Shown: positions 38,325 to 50,945 of the stretch, in pieces | Position numbering within the stretch: position 1 is the stretch's first letter | How the letters are laid out: each line of letters begins with the position of its first letter | From: Ginglymostoma cirratum | Lineage: Eukaryota | Length of the DNA stretch: 64,000 bases | Assembly (NCBI GenBank): GCA_024137785.1 | Contig: JAHRHZ010000271.1 | Span: 8,113,150 to 8,177,149 of the forward strand | Direction: 5' to 3' | The notes under the pieces: model-generated | Told to the model about the DNA's origin: nothing | Seen by the model: only the letters and a program-made list of their open reading frames with translations | The model's database searches: none | Translations under genes and position numbers: made by a program

Positions 38325-38470
38325 ATCTGCCATCCTTGCCTAGTGTGGCCTACATGTGATTCCTGACCTACAGCAATGTCGTCGACTTTCAAGTGCCCTC
38401 TGGGCAACTAAGGATGGGTAATAAATGCTGCCTAGCAAATGATGCCGCCTCCTGTGAATAAACTTTTAAA
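38325..38470 (+). mobile_element. SINE 3' half (family of 52990-53353)
   Basis: ctgccatccttgcc...gccctctgggcaact...aataaatgctg. Confidence 0.7.
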
Positions 38471-39429
38471 AAAATTTATCCTATCCATGAAACCTGCTGT
38501 GAATGATTCAGCATGCTAAAAATTTGACTGTCTTAACAGCGGTGAACTTTCTTTCATGTTTTAAAGGTGTAAATTAAACTGTTGTTTAGTTGTTCCTTCT
38601 CAAAATAGATTTATACAAGTGGTTTTGTTTTTTCTTGTTGATAATCTAATGTGAAGGACCTGAATACGTGACCGGAATTAAGAACTGAATGATCAAAGTG
38701 GAAATTGTGATTTGAACATATCAAGATTGGATTCTAAACATTTTAAGGATGGTGAAAGCACAAGGGAGAAAAGAACTTTCCACAGATTGAATAGGAGACT
38801 TTATGTACTACATCTTTAGAATGTCAGCGAGGGTTGCAAGGAAAAGAAATGAGGGTGCACTGATACCTCTGCAAAGGGCAAAAGTGAGGTAAGGTTAGGG
38901 TATCTAATGTAGTATCAAAAAAAATTAGGAATGTCATACTTGATCTGTGGCAAATCTATCCCAATTGCCATCATGTTAATGCCTCACAATACATTGAATC
39001 GTGTCCTTTCTGTGAAGATGGGGCATTTTATTGATAAGGGCAGTGCAGTAGTCAATCTGACCATCTCCCCTTATGTACATCATATTTTCTTTCACTTGAG
39101 CAGCAACCTTTCAACAATTACTGCCTTGTACCAGTGTTTGAACTTTTGAAGGTTGCTTACCTTAGTCACAAATACACAAAGCCAGCTTGTGCATGCCATT
39201 TTTAAATGGTCATGAACTGGGTACCTCAAGGTTCTTATGTGGTGCTATCTTCGTTCCAAGTGTATAATTTTACCAAAACCTCCTTCAGATTAATGGGTAT
39301 TCATGGCATGAAAATATATTACAAGTATGAACCCATCACAAGCATAATTTTCAACATACTGTGAACATGCTCTTAATTTTATCTCTGCATCTCAACCTAA
39401 TGAAATTGACATTCCACATCCATCTAATT

Positions 39430-40620
39430 AAATCACTGTACACACTTTCTGTTGTGGAGTCTGTACAATTCCCCCAATGTGCAAGATATCTGTGCTTCAT
39501 GAAGGACAGCATTGCCGAAATCTGAATCTGCAGGTATTGGACATGGATCACGTTTCCAGTGGCTGTGAAGGTGACCGTGGCAACAAAGTTTAATGTGTGT
39601 GGCTTGTTCTCGGCTGGAACTGGAGACATCTGCAGTGTCTTGCAGTTTGCCATCTACTGTTTAGATGTGAGAGATGATTGAGGCTTTACGCAAAGGGAGC
39701 GAGCTACATTTTACTTTCTTTTATCAGAGCTAACTTAGAGCAAGAATAAGATTTGAAGACTTTCTCCAAGTGGAGGTAGGAGCATTGCATTCTAGCTGCT
39801 GCATTGTCATCTTAACTGAAAGAGGTTCCACTCCTTCAATGTCTGACTGTTATGTGATGATAGCCAGGAAATAATCCAGTAAACCATTGGTGCTGTCAGC
39901 AGTCATGATGTCTTTATTCTGCAGCAGCCTGCTGTTTTCAGTTGCATTTGAACCATAACACAAACCGAAGAATGGTTGGTGGTGAAAAAGGCTATGGTGC
40001 TAACCCAGTGGCAGTAGCATAACAGAAGGCTGCTGACTGTTGTGCAGGACAAACTTAACCCTGGGTCTAGAAAGCTAAACTGTGAACTACATCATCTGGC
40101 ATGGACTGTGGTCTTGGCTAACTTGCTGATGGGCAGCACCAAGGGAACTAGCTGACTGAAGTGGGTGGAAGTACCAAAATGCAATCTTCCTGAGAGAGAA
40201 CAGCAAATCTGTGCTCAAAGAGGCTTGTGCTCCTGGAAGGTAGCACTTCAATCCTAGCAACGTATTAGAAGTCAAATTTTTAGATTGCTGTGACACTTTG
40301 TAAGCTCTTTTGCATGCTTTGGTCCACAGCTATCCACAGCGATGTCTGAGCTTGCAAGCAATGTAAGCTTAAAAGTTGTAAGCTGACTTTGTAGTTTGAT
40401 CAGTGCGGTGAGTTTCTACTGCAGCATAGAAATAGTGTTTGGCTGCTGGTTGTGCTGCAGCAGAACTTGCGACATTAAATACTGCATTGTGGTGAGGACT
40501 CAGTTCACCGTTCATCACCGGCTGTGTGCTGGAAAGGATGGACTCATGCCAAGCACAAATCCCTGTGCCAAATTGGTTATAGGCCACTGCATGCTCTTTG
40601 ATATTGCCCACAAACTTTGT
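39430..40620 (+). mobile_element. Degenerate Harbinger transposase
   Basis: FPVAVKVTVA...AGTGDIC near 39550-39640; C-terminal KLVIGHCML near 40570-40600. Confidence 0.65.
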
Positions 40621-42179
40621 GACTGTATTCCCAATACACCAAAACACTCTTGTTCTGCTTTGTCTCTCTTTTTCCACTCCCCGCCATCAAAGTTGTTTTT
40701 TTTTTTTGTTTATTCCATCAAAACGCAATGCCTACCTCTATCTAGTTAGCACTTGCTACCTCTGAGTGCCACCTTGTCCTTCAGCAGACAGGCAAGTAGG
40801 TCATCAAGTGCCACGCAGTCTGTTTTAGATGAAGTGCTGTTCTGTTTGAATAGCTATTCAGTTTGTGGGCTGCGTGATGTGGCTGTAAAGCTTGCAGCAG
40901 CTCAGAGTGAGGTGAACCCTACAGATGTTAGGTATGAGTCTGGATAGAGTTTGGCAGCAAGTGTTAGAAATGTGATGAATTGAACAGTGGTCGACGCTAG
41001 TGATGTAGTTCATAGGATTTAGGTTTTGAAGGCAATGCCTTCATTGGCATTGACCATTCATGTGAAATCATGTAATTTCTTGCAGCGCTAGCTCTGGGCT
41101 CTCTGCTTAGCTTATAGTTTTAGCCTCCACAACTAGCAGTTGCCACTGCCCTTTGAGGGTGTGTGGGGATGCCCTGTTGGATTTCTGTAGATGTAGGATA
41201 GTTTGCACCTTTTGTTTTCTGCTAAGGACTCCAGTGCAGCACCCAGAAATCTTTTGGAGCCTATTCCATCCCTTGTTCAGTCATTCTTCTTCCCATTTAT
41301 CCCAGGTCAGATTTAAATCCTGCCCACAGAGTACCTCCCTTTTTAAGAAGTGTAGGTTAGGTTTGACCAGTTTTTAATGTAGTGTTCACGACTCTTGGTT
41401 ATCCTTGCCAGTCCTGACATCTCATACAACCATTCAACAGTGCAGTTGAAACTGGCTGTATGCATCAATTGTGCAGAAAAGCGAGCAGCACTAAGTTGGC
41501 ATGTCCTCACAGCAATATCTTCACCCTTTTTCAGGATCTATCCAATTTAGCCTCACACATACTTCAATATGATATTTTTTGATCCAGTTGAAAAAACATA
41601 AAACTTGAAAGAGTGAGGCTCTGTTTTGGTTTTCTCTTGTGACTGTAATTTAGGAGAGCTGTCTTTCAGACCAGGCAAAAGCCTGGCAGTCACACTCAGT
41701 GAATCATATATTAACACATCCCAGACAACAGCAACATCACTGTCCCTAGCTATATCCCACAGGTTGAAAAGACCAAACAGAGGTGCCAGCACAGTGGTAC
41801 ACAATCGAGAGGGAGCTGCCCTAGAAGTCCTTAAATTTGATTTGGACACCGTAAAGCCTCATGACATCAGGTCAGACATGTGCAAGGAAACCTCCTGCTG
41901 ATTGTGAACAGCTCCCCTTGGTTGATAAGTCATTACTCCTCTGTGTTGAACAGCGCTCAGGGCGGGGAGCACAGAGTGTGGCAAGGGAACAGAATGTAAT
42001 CGTGGCTGGGGGATTTCCATATCCACCACCAAGAGTAGCTCAGCAGCAGCACCACTATTAACTGAGCTGAGCTGAGCAATTCCTAAAGGACTGCTACACT
42101 GCATCTGCAACTGATGGTGGAAAAGAAACATACTCTGCCTTGTCCTTGCCAATCTGCCAGGTGCACTTGCATCTGTCCA

Positions 42180-42931
42180 TAACTGTATTGGTATCAGTGA
42201 CTATGACACATGAGTCTTGCCACAAACAGTCAGGAATGCTGGTGGACAACTGAACAACTTACTGGAGGTGGAAGCTCCACAAACCTCCCATTCGCAATGA
42301 GGAAGTGCAGCACTTAAGAAAAAGCTGAAGCATTTGCAAACTTCGTCAGTAGAAGAGTGGATGATCCATCCCAGCCTCCTGCAGAGATCCCCAGCATCGC
42401 AATTGCCAGTCTTCAGCCAATTTAGTTCACTCAATGTGGTATCAATCAACAGTTGGAAGCAATTGATACTGAAAAGCAACAAGCCCTGACAACGTTTCTG
42501 CAACAGTACTGAAGACTTGTGCTCCAGAACCTGCCATACCCAGAGTCAACCTGTTCCAGTACAGCTACAACACTAGCATCTACCTGACAATGTGGGAAAT
42601 TGCCTAGCTATGCCATGTACGCAAAAAGCAGGACAAATCCATCCTGGCTAACTATCACCCCACTAGTCTACTCCCGATCATCAGTAAAGTGATAGAAATT
42701 GTCATTAATAGTGGTATTGAGCAGCTTAGCAATTATTGATCGCTGATGACTTAGAAATATAAAAATATAGAAATATTCAAAAAAACTTAGAAATATATCA
42801 CTGTTCCTTCAGTGTTGCTGGGGCAAAATCCTTCCCAACTGGCATTGTCGGTGCACCCACAGAAATGGATTGCAGTGGTTCAAGAACGCAGCTAGGAATG
42901 GATAATAATGCTGCTCAATCAGTGACACCCA
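42180..42931 (+). mobile_element. CR1-like LINE, internally deleted
   Basis: KKQDKSILANYHPTSLLPIISKV (NYRPISL motif) joined to the 3' tail. Confidence 0.8.
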
Positions 42932-42933
42932 TA

Positions 42934-43138
42934 CAGTCAGTTCTGCTATAACATGTGTATTGGCTTTAAAGTGATTGAAGAAATTAGACCACTATTTGTA
43001 GAATGCAAACTTTCCTTGCCTGTCTTGGCTATAACGCGATTCCGGCCCCATTAATTTAAATGGTGTGGCTATTGCGAGATTTCCTTATTACACGAGATCG
43101 CACAAGAAGGAGCTATCACATTATATCAGAACCAACTG
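42934..43138. mobile_element. Tc1/mariner (Tigger-like) MITE
   Basis: TA TSD; TIRs CAGTCAGTTCTGCTATAA and (reverse complement) CAGTTGGTTCTGATATAA; inserted in the LINE tail. Confidence 0.8.
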
Positions 43139-45095
43139 TATCCGGTGAATGAATTTTTTTAAAATTGCAAAAGCCTATTAGTGTTTACTTGCTGTTGTCT
43201 GCCAAATTCTGGTCAAACATGAAAATTGTTCATTTTGATAACCTTGGGGAAATGGTGTCTATTTCTGTCATGCTACAGTATTTTATATTGAGTATTTCAT
43301 CAAACTTACTGTGGTTTGCCTCCAATAATTCAGTAGGTAAATCACTCCACCAGGCAGATTAAGTTTAGAGGAATTAGCTCTGTACTGAGATTTGTTTATT
43401 TATGCAGATGCCATGTAATTTCATTTAAGCAGAAATTACCTTGGTTATTGATTTCTGATATGGTTTTGTGAAATATATAGTACTGCAGTGCAGATCTCTG
43501 CTGCTTGAATAGATACGTTCAAGCGCGTCCTCTAGAAATATTTTAATTTGAGTGTGGCTTGTGTTTTGATCCCTTCAGCCCAGTTACTTAGATGTACGAG
43601 TCTTATTGCAGATAGCTTTTTCTTCAACATTGCTGTTGAAACAAAAACAAATTCTGCAGCTTTTCCAATTAATATTTGCATGTCTCGAGTTGTTCAGAAA
43701 GCTTAGACAGAAAGGAGAAATGGACACCTAGGATTGCTGCATTTGCTCAGAACCTTTTGAAGTAATCTATTGGGGGAAGCTTAAGTGATTGCACAAAGCA
43801 TAAACTAACATGAATAGAAATCATGTCAACAGGCTCATGTACAGCTACTTTTCAGCTAATTGTTCAATAAACTGCTGCCTTTGATTGAGAGAATGGCCTT
43901 CTTGTTGCTCCTGGACTCCAGAAGCAATGATCATCATCGTAAAAATCTCATAACAGTCTGACATCTTTTTCAAGTCTGAGATGAAGTAACAAAGCCTAAC
44001 ATAACAGTCTATTTATCCATAAACCTTAATTCACTGTTCTCTAAATATTTCCCGACTCGCGCTTGATCCAGATGACTCACCTCATCCCAAAAACCCAAAT
44101 TCAGCAATACTTCCTTGGCAGGCCAGAAACGTAGGCTTAGATTTTCCAAAGGCCAGTGAATCATTTTTCTAGGGTAGATGGGAGTTAGACATGGGGACCC
44201 TGCGGAATCCTCCTCCTAGCAGACTCCCAGGGAATTGTCCAGGAATTTGAAGATTCTGCGGCAATTCTCTACCCTTGGAACCGTTTGAATGTCTCCATTT
44301 TAAAATTGAAAATTCAGAGGGTCCCAATGAAATTAAGTAAATATTTGCTCAGGAGAAGTTAGACCATTTTAAATGCGTAGTCTAACTCCTGAGAAACTAT
44401 TTAATGACCCCATGTTTAGCCACACACCCCCCAACTACTCTTCACCCTAGACCACTTGTTCACCCTCAAGATCTGGATCTGACACCCCTATGACCCAACA
44501 GCCCTCACCCCCCACTCTGGACACACTTTTCCCCCTTCACTCTTCTTACCCAGACTCACTTTCCCCTGTCCCCCTACCCACCTGGCACCCTACCTCCTGG
44601 AATGCTATACTGTACTCAAACCCTACACCAAACCCAGCTGGTACTATACTTACCTGGCACCTTTGTCTCTGTACACTCCTTACATCCTAACCTCATACTT
44701 CCTTTATGTACTTGCCATTTGATAGCAGCTGTCATGATAACTCTCCTGGCATTTCATACATTTCAGAAGTTCTTCCCCTTATCTGGCAATTAACACTATT
44801 ACTATTCCGGTCTATAAAAGAATGACTCAAGTCCCCATTATTATTACTCTATAGTTTTCTGTTCTTTCCACACCAATTGGTCTTCTACATCTTTTTCATT
44901 ATTTAGTAGCTTATAGAATAGGAGTTTTAATGGCACCTTTATAGATATTTTAGAAGTATGCTTAACTCTAAACTCAAAGGTTATGCTCTTCCAGATGTTA
45001 ATGCTTCCTTCAAACACAGTTGCCCAGGACAGGGGAAGTGTTCTCAAGCTGTATAAGGGCATAACAGAGTGAAAGGGTTAATATTCAAGAAAGCC

Positions 45096-46234
45096 TGTTA
45101 AAGTTGGTTGGCTTGCCAAGCTGGTTTGTTGTTCCATGTTTCATTACCATGCTGGGTAACATCCTTAGTGCATACTCCGATGAAGCGTCGGTGTGTTTTC
45201 CCACCTGGTTTTTAAGCTGTGGAGTCCATTAAGCTGGATTGCCTCACTTCCGGTTTTCCGTCGTAATTGAATGTATATGGGGTTGAGTTCTGTGTTTATT
45301 AATGGCTTTCTTAATGGAGTGTCAGGCTTCTCGGAATTCCCATGGCTGTCTCTGCTTAGCTTGTCCCAGGATTTTGGTGTTGTCCCAGTCAACTTGGTGG
45401 TTCTCCTTATCCATGTGGATTGAGGGGAGTGAGTATTGGTCGTGTCTTTTTGTAGCCAGTTGGTGTTCGTGTACCCTTGTTGTCAGTTTCCTTCCTGCTT
45501 GTCCAATGTAACGTTTCTCTCAGTCTCTGCAGGGGATCTTGTAGATGACATTGGTCCTGTCCATGGCAGAGGAGTGGGTCTTTAGTTCAGTGAGCAATTG
45601 TCGTAGGGTTGATGTGGGCTTGTGTGCCACTCTGCCCACCACAAGACTCCTACAACCACTGGGCATCAGAGTGGCACACTGGCCCACATCAACCCTACAA
45701 CAACCGCTCACCCGAACTAAAGACCCACTCCCTCGCCACGGACAGGACTAGTGACATCTACAAGATCCCCTGCAGAGACTGAGAGAAACATTACGTCGGA
45801 CAAGCAGGAAGCGAAACTGACAACAAGGGTACACGAACACCAACTGGCTACAAAAAGACACGACCAATACTCTCGCTCCTCTCAATCCACGTGGATAAGG
45901 AGAACCACCAGTTCAACTGGGACAAGCTAAGCAGAGACAGCCATGGGAATTCCTAGAAGCCTGGCGCGCCACAAAAAAAACATTAATAAACACATAGAAC
46001 TCGACTCCATATGCACTCCACTACGAAGGAAAATCGGAAGTGAGGCAATCCATCTCAACAGACCCCAGAGTTTTAAAAACCAGGCGGGAAAACACACCAA
46101 CGCTTCATCGGACGGTGCACTGAAGATGTTACCAAGCACGGTAACGAAATGTCTGCTGAACAACAAACCAGCTCAGCGAGCCAACCAACCTCCACACCCA
46201 CAACCCGAGCTACAAATCTACTCCAAAACCTTAG
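45096..46234. mobile_element. Penelope/Poseidon-clade PLE as a large inverted duplication of the GIY-YIG end and terminal repeat
   Basis: Left arm (minus, ~45100-45625) and right arm (plus, ~45630-46232) both encode IYKIPCRD.EK.Y.GQ.GR.LTTRVHEH; degenerate TSD atattcaagaaagcc / acattcaggtaagcc. Confidence 0.9.
46117..46156 (+). ncRNA. Minimal hammerhead ribozyme motif (family D)
   Basis: GCA-CUGAAGA-U-GUUACC-AAGCAC-GGUAAC-GAAA-U-GUC/UGC: intact core, 6-bp stem II, 3-bp stem I. Confidence 0.75.
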
Positions 46235-47399
46235 ACATTCAGGTAAGCCATTTGCATTACCCAACGTGTTGATGTCAAATGGACCTAGTGGGAGAGCAGC
46301 TTTGGAACTTGTAGGAGTTAAACCTACTTCTAATTCTCCTTCTAGTGTCTATCACAATGCCTACGATGTCTCTCCAATTTGAATTTGGTAATTCGAAGTT
46401 CCTAACAACCAACAAACAAATTAGGTTTAAGACCAGGGCCTGTTCATGTTAGACTAGCAAGTGTTTTTTTTTTTCCCCTACCACACCAGGCTAACTGGGC
46501 CTTGTACCTTAGAATAAGATAGTTGTAGCACACCTACCCTCTGGAGAGTGGTGCTGATGACAGCATACAATGCCGTGGTCAGCCTGAGGACTGATTTGTA
46601 TTCTCATATACAGCGAAATAAATGTTTCCCAAACCTGAAAACCCTGTCAAGCCTCTCTCTTAAGTTCGTTTCTCATCATTTAGTTAAGAGCCTTAGATTT
46701 TTAAAAACTCTGCTTAGTGATTAACTGGTGAGTTTCCTCTGTTGTCATGATGTCATAGTTTTATGGGGAGGTTAACTTAAATAATTGATTTAGCTGTTAC
46801 TATTTATGTCTCCCAGATCTTATCTCACCGAAAAATTAGGAATCTTTTAACATTACTTTTTTGTGTATAGATTTAATTTTATTGTCCAAATCCGATTCTA
46901 AAATATTTGTAATTGCAATAAATGATACAATATATGCAACACTTTAATGGTTATGTATCTGATCAAATTGACAGCATTAGGAATTTGTTAATTAATTGTT
47001 CTGGCTAATTTTATGGGCCTTTTTGTTTTGTTTTAAACTTCATGTTTACCTGTGGACTTCACCCATGGCTGCCTGTGTAGTAACGTCTCTATACTTTTTG
47101 TTCTCTCCCAGCTGGTGTCATATTGAAGGTCACCACTCTGTCACCACTTTGCCAGCTACCTACAGACTCATCTCCAACCGACTGCTTTGCCCCCGCACCA
47201 CATTCCAGCAGACTTCGTGACTGGTGACACCCCCTAGACTGCTCTGCGCAGGCCTTGACCCTCCCCACCCCCTAATTGAAACTCTTACCCTTTTTTTTAC
47301 TGGCGTACTTCCTTGCACTGGTAAGATCCTTCCTGCATTCCCTCATAATAAGATTGTTTACGTAGCTGTGCAATGTAAAATCCAAAACCTTAACGTACA

Positions 47400-47870
47400 T
47401 GAAAACCTATGAAGTAGTGTTGCAGATGGTCATCTGTTTCGAAAGCGGAACAGATGAAGCCCGACCATCATAACAGAAGTCAGCCATCTGTTCGTACAGT
47501 TCAAAGACTGAATAGACGATTGCACTGTCAATCAATAAAAAGAACAAAGCACAGGATCCAGTTGCTACAATATAATCTCAGTCTCAATCTCGATTTCAAT
47601 ATGAAAGTGCACGACATGCACTGGAAAATGTACTTCACTGCATCTGAATACTCTCCCAATGCAGGTTAACTTAAAGGCCTCTTTTTCGAAACAAAACCCA
47701 CTAAATAACTACTGTCTTAAATCTCATTTAGGTTATAATTTCATATGCCACGTGAAGTTGTCAATATATTTTGTACTTAACTGCCACAGGTTTTCAGTTC
47801 AATAGTAGGATTCCGATTATGGTTCACAATGCATGTGAGGTGCCATTAGCCATCTGTACTATGAAAATAG
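47400..47870. promoter_or_regulatory. Candidate neuronal enhancer (bHLH E-box cluster)
   Basis: CAGATG/CATCTG at 47423, 47431, 47451, 47485, 47641 and 47851, plus CATATG (47742) and CACGTG (47749); retained CpGs. Confidence 0.45.
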
Positions 47871-48299
47871 GCCCCTTACCATGAAAATAATCAAAATACT
47901 CTCCCTTGCAATGGAATCAACAAGCATGGGGTTGCCGAGTGTGAGTTCATTACTTGCAGCATTATCACATCCCATGGAAACACAAAACTCCAGGCCTAAA
48001 ATTTTCTTTCAGAGCCAACTCTCGAGTCTTTTAGATTATCTCCTACAATTAATCTTTTATCCTGATTCATGTCTCCTTGACTCAAACCTCTCTTCTTTCG
48101 TTGGAAACGTATGTTTCTTAACTCCTCCTCAGATTAGAATTGAAACACTTCCTCTAGTCTTCCCTAGAATCTCTACTCCATTTCTCCCACTTTTTCAATT
48201 TTTCACTTTTCTGCACCTGTACTCTGATAGACTCAAGGGTTTTTCTCTGTGTGGATTAATAGCTAACTTCTTGAACTCAAACAATATATAATTCATGGT

Positions 48300-48600
48300 C
48301 TAGTGTAGTGGAACAATCGGCATGCAAATTCAGTGGTGCATAACATATATCTTGCAATGTTAAAATCTCTTGGCCTTGCCTTCCTTATCTCTAAATCTCT
48401 ACCAGCCTTCAACTTTTCTCTTCTCTTCCCTCCTTCCATAAACTACCCCTACCTCATATGATTCTAATCTCTTCCTCTTTCCCTCTACCTCTGAAAGCCA
48501 TGGTTTCTTCGAACTAGGTCTCTGACCTCCTATCACTAAGTTTCTTTACACCAATGCTTGTTCTCTTTTGAAGGTATACAAAGCTCACCTCTTTCTTCAA
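48300..48600 (+). mobile_element. Old L2-like LINE 3' remnant
   Basis: Pyrimidine-rich tail ggccttgccttccttatctct...aaagctcacctcttt resembles L2 3' ends. Confidence 0.4.
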
Positions 48601-49839
48601 TAATCCTTTTTTTTTTGTCCCCATGATTTATGAATGCCACATTTGTTGCCCACCCTTAATAGCCCTTGACCTGAGAGGCTTGTTAAGCCATTTTAGAAGC
48701 CGCTTCAGAGTCAACCACAATGTGGATCTGGAGTTACATGAGGATGAGGCTGGTAAGGGTGACAGATTTCCTTCCGTCCAGAACATTAGTGAACCAGGTG
48801 AACAATTGATGATAGTTGTCATTGTCATTTTCATGTTACATTATATTCCAGATTTAATTAATTGAATTGTAAATTTCACCAGCTGGCATAGTGCACACTC
48901 AACATAAATGGGCTGGCAGGCGAAATCATCCTCTCAAACTTCCACAATGCCCTGGAAAATTTTGTCACAGGAGTAACCAATGGGAAAAATGTTTCCCCCC
49001 AATTGGAACTGTCTGAATCCCTGAAGAACTGCTCCTCCATTCATGAGTGGTTCTCTCTCGCATTTACTGCTGATTGGTTCACTGACCCTGCCAGCAGCAA
49101 ACGTGAGACGGACGCAGGCTGATTTTGGAACAGCATACAAAGCTGAGCTGTATGTTGTTATAAAGATTTGCATTTGTTATCATATTTCCAAAGCACCTCC
49201 TACACTGTGAATTGCTTCGGTGCAGTGCCTGCAGGAGAGAAACATGGAGTGGTACAAGCAGGGACCTCAGCAGTTAACAGAAAGCAAGTTTAGGGTATTG
49301 GCTTTTTTGCACGTAGCAATGAGTGTCTGTTATTTTTTTGAAAAAAGCTTGCTAAATTATGTCTTCTCTGTTTAGATTTAAATATTATGATGTCTGTGTA
49401 TGCATGCTTTCTGTATTGTGTGGCCTTAAGTTTAGTGGACCCTGATGATTAAGAATATTGATGAATTATTCTAATTCTGTTTTGTGTGCATTCAATATCT
49501 CAACACGAATAAGTCAACACAAATACAGAAGGTAACTATCTGACAGCACCACCGAATAAAACAGTTGGTGACAATGTAAAAGGAGCTCTCAAAAATCTCA
49601 AGAAGAGCATACTAGCCTAATACCCCTAGGTTGCTAGTCCAGTGACATTACCACTACTCCATCATTTCTCCTGTCAGTATGTCACAGCATTCATTTGTAT
49701 TTTAGTCATGCCTTCATGTAGCACTCGGAAAATTTTCTATATTAACGTTACCCTATAAGGAATTGTGTAAATATGTTAGCAATCAATAAACCTACAATTA
49801 ATAAATCTTAAAACTAAATATGAATTTTAAAAATATTAT

Positions 49840-50180
49840 TAATTTACGTCATTGGGCTGCACAGCCTGAACTTCAGCCAGTCAATTCATGCTGTTATATG
49901 CATTCTGAGTCTCTGCATGTATGACGGCCTTATTACAGTTTGTATTACAATAGTGCCACTCCATTGAAGCAGCGGACCGGAGGCTGATTTTTCTCTCGCG
50001 CTCGCTCCCTCTCTCTCCTCTTGCATCTGCTGTGCCTGCCTCCAGTTACCATTTACTGCAGCTACCATCTTATTGAGTCATTGACAGCACGTTGGATTTA
50101 AATTCATTTAGAAGAAGGGAGGGAAACAGTTGTATGCGAGTGCATGCAAAAAAAATCTAGAGCTGCTTTGCAGAGAGCAC
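49840..50180 (+). promoter_or_regulatory. Candidate internal promoter or enhancer
   Basis: CRE-like TTACGTCA (49844-49851) overlapping ATTGG, CpG cluster gcggaccgg...tcgcgctcgc, CT tract, AP-1 TGAGTCA (50074-50080). Confidence 0.4.
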
Positions 50181-50189
50181 CCTAGCTAA

Positions 50190-50302
50190 CTGGAGGAACA
50201 CAGCAGGCCAGGCAGCATCAGATAATCTCTGCTGCCTGGCCTGCTGTGTTCCTCCAGCTCCACACTGTATTATCTTGGACTCCAGCATCAGCAGTTCTTA
50301 CT
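50190..50302. repeat. PLE family-A-related mini palindrome
   Basis: Perfect 28-bp inverted repeat (50190-50217 / 50230-50257) with a 12-nt loop; sequence related to 17800-17880. Confidence 0.85.
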
Positions 50303-50626
50303 ACCCCATCTAACTGCATCAGTTTTGGACATTTAAAATTCAGGAACAAATTTTACCAGCAGGTCGTGGCAAAACAATGTCGATATTTTGAAGGTAAACA
50401 TAGCCTGATTTATGTTAGTTATATTGTGTGATGTATTGACCAGATGCATGCTTTCACAGCTTAATGATGCTGTGGTGGTCTGGGAAAGAAGGGGCATACT
50501 GAGCAGGTGGCTTTGCAAGCAGAGTGCTCGTGTCTAAAGAGATATATTTCAGTTGATTATATACCCACTTTCGTAGCTTCTGTAGGTGAAGTATCATTTA
50601 TTTGCTGTTCTCATTTAAGCAGTTCC

Positions 50627-50945
50627 AGTGGAGGCCTAGTAGTATTCTCATTGGACTGTTAATCCAGACACCTAGGTCTCAGGACCTCAGTTCGACTCCT
50701 GTCATGGCAGATGATGGCATTTGAATTCAATAAAAATCTGGAATTAAAAGTCTAATGATTGACAACAGATTCATGGTCTGTTGTCAGAAAAACCCATCTG
50801 GTTCACTAATGTCTTTGGGGAAGGAAACTGCCATCCTCACCTGGTCTGGCCTACATGTGACACCAGACCCACTGCAATGTGGTTGACTCTTAACTGCCCT
50901 CTGGGCAATAAATGCTGGCTTAGCCAGCGAATCCCTAATTCCGTA
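50627..50945 (+). mobile_element. tRNA-derived SINE
   Basis: Same family as 52990-53353; B box agttcgactcc. Confidence 0.8.

Noticed and set aside
47431-47480. Additional hammerhead (GAAA and CAGAUGA close together)
   Set aside because: The core would be CAGAUGA rather than CUGAUGA, and the motif order and stems do not fit.
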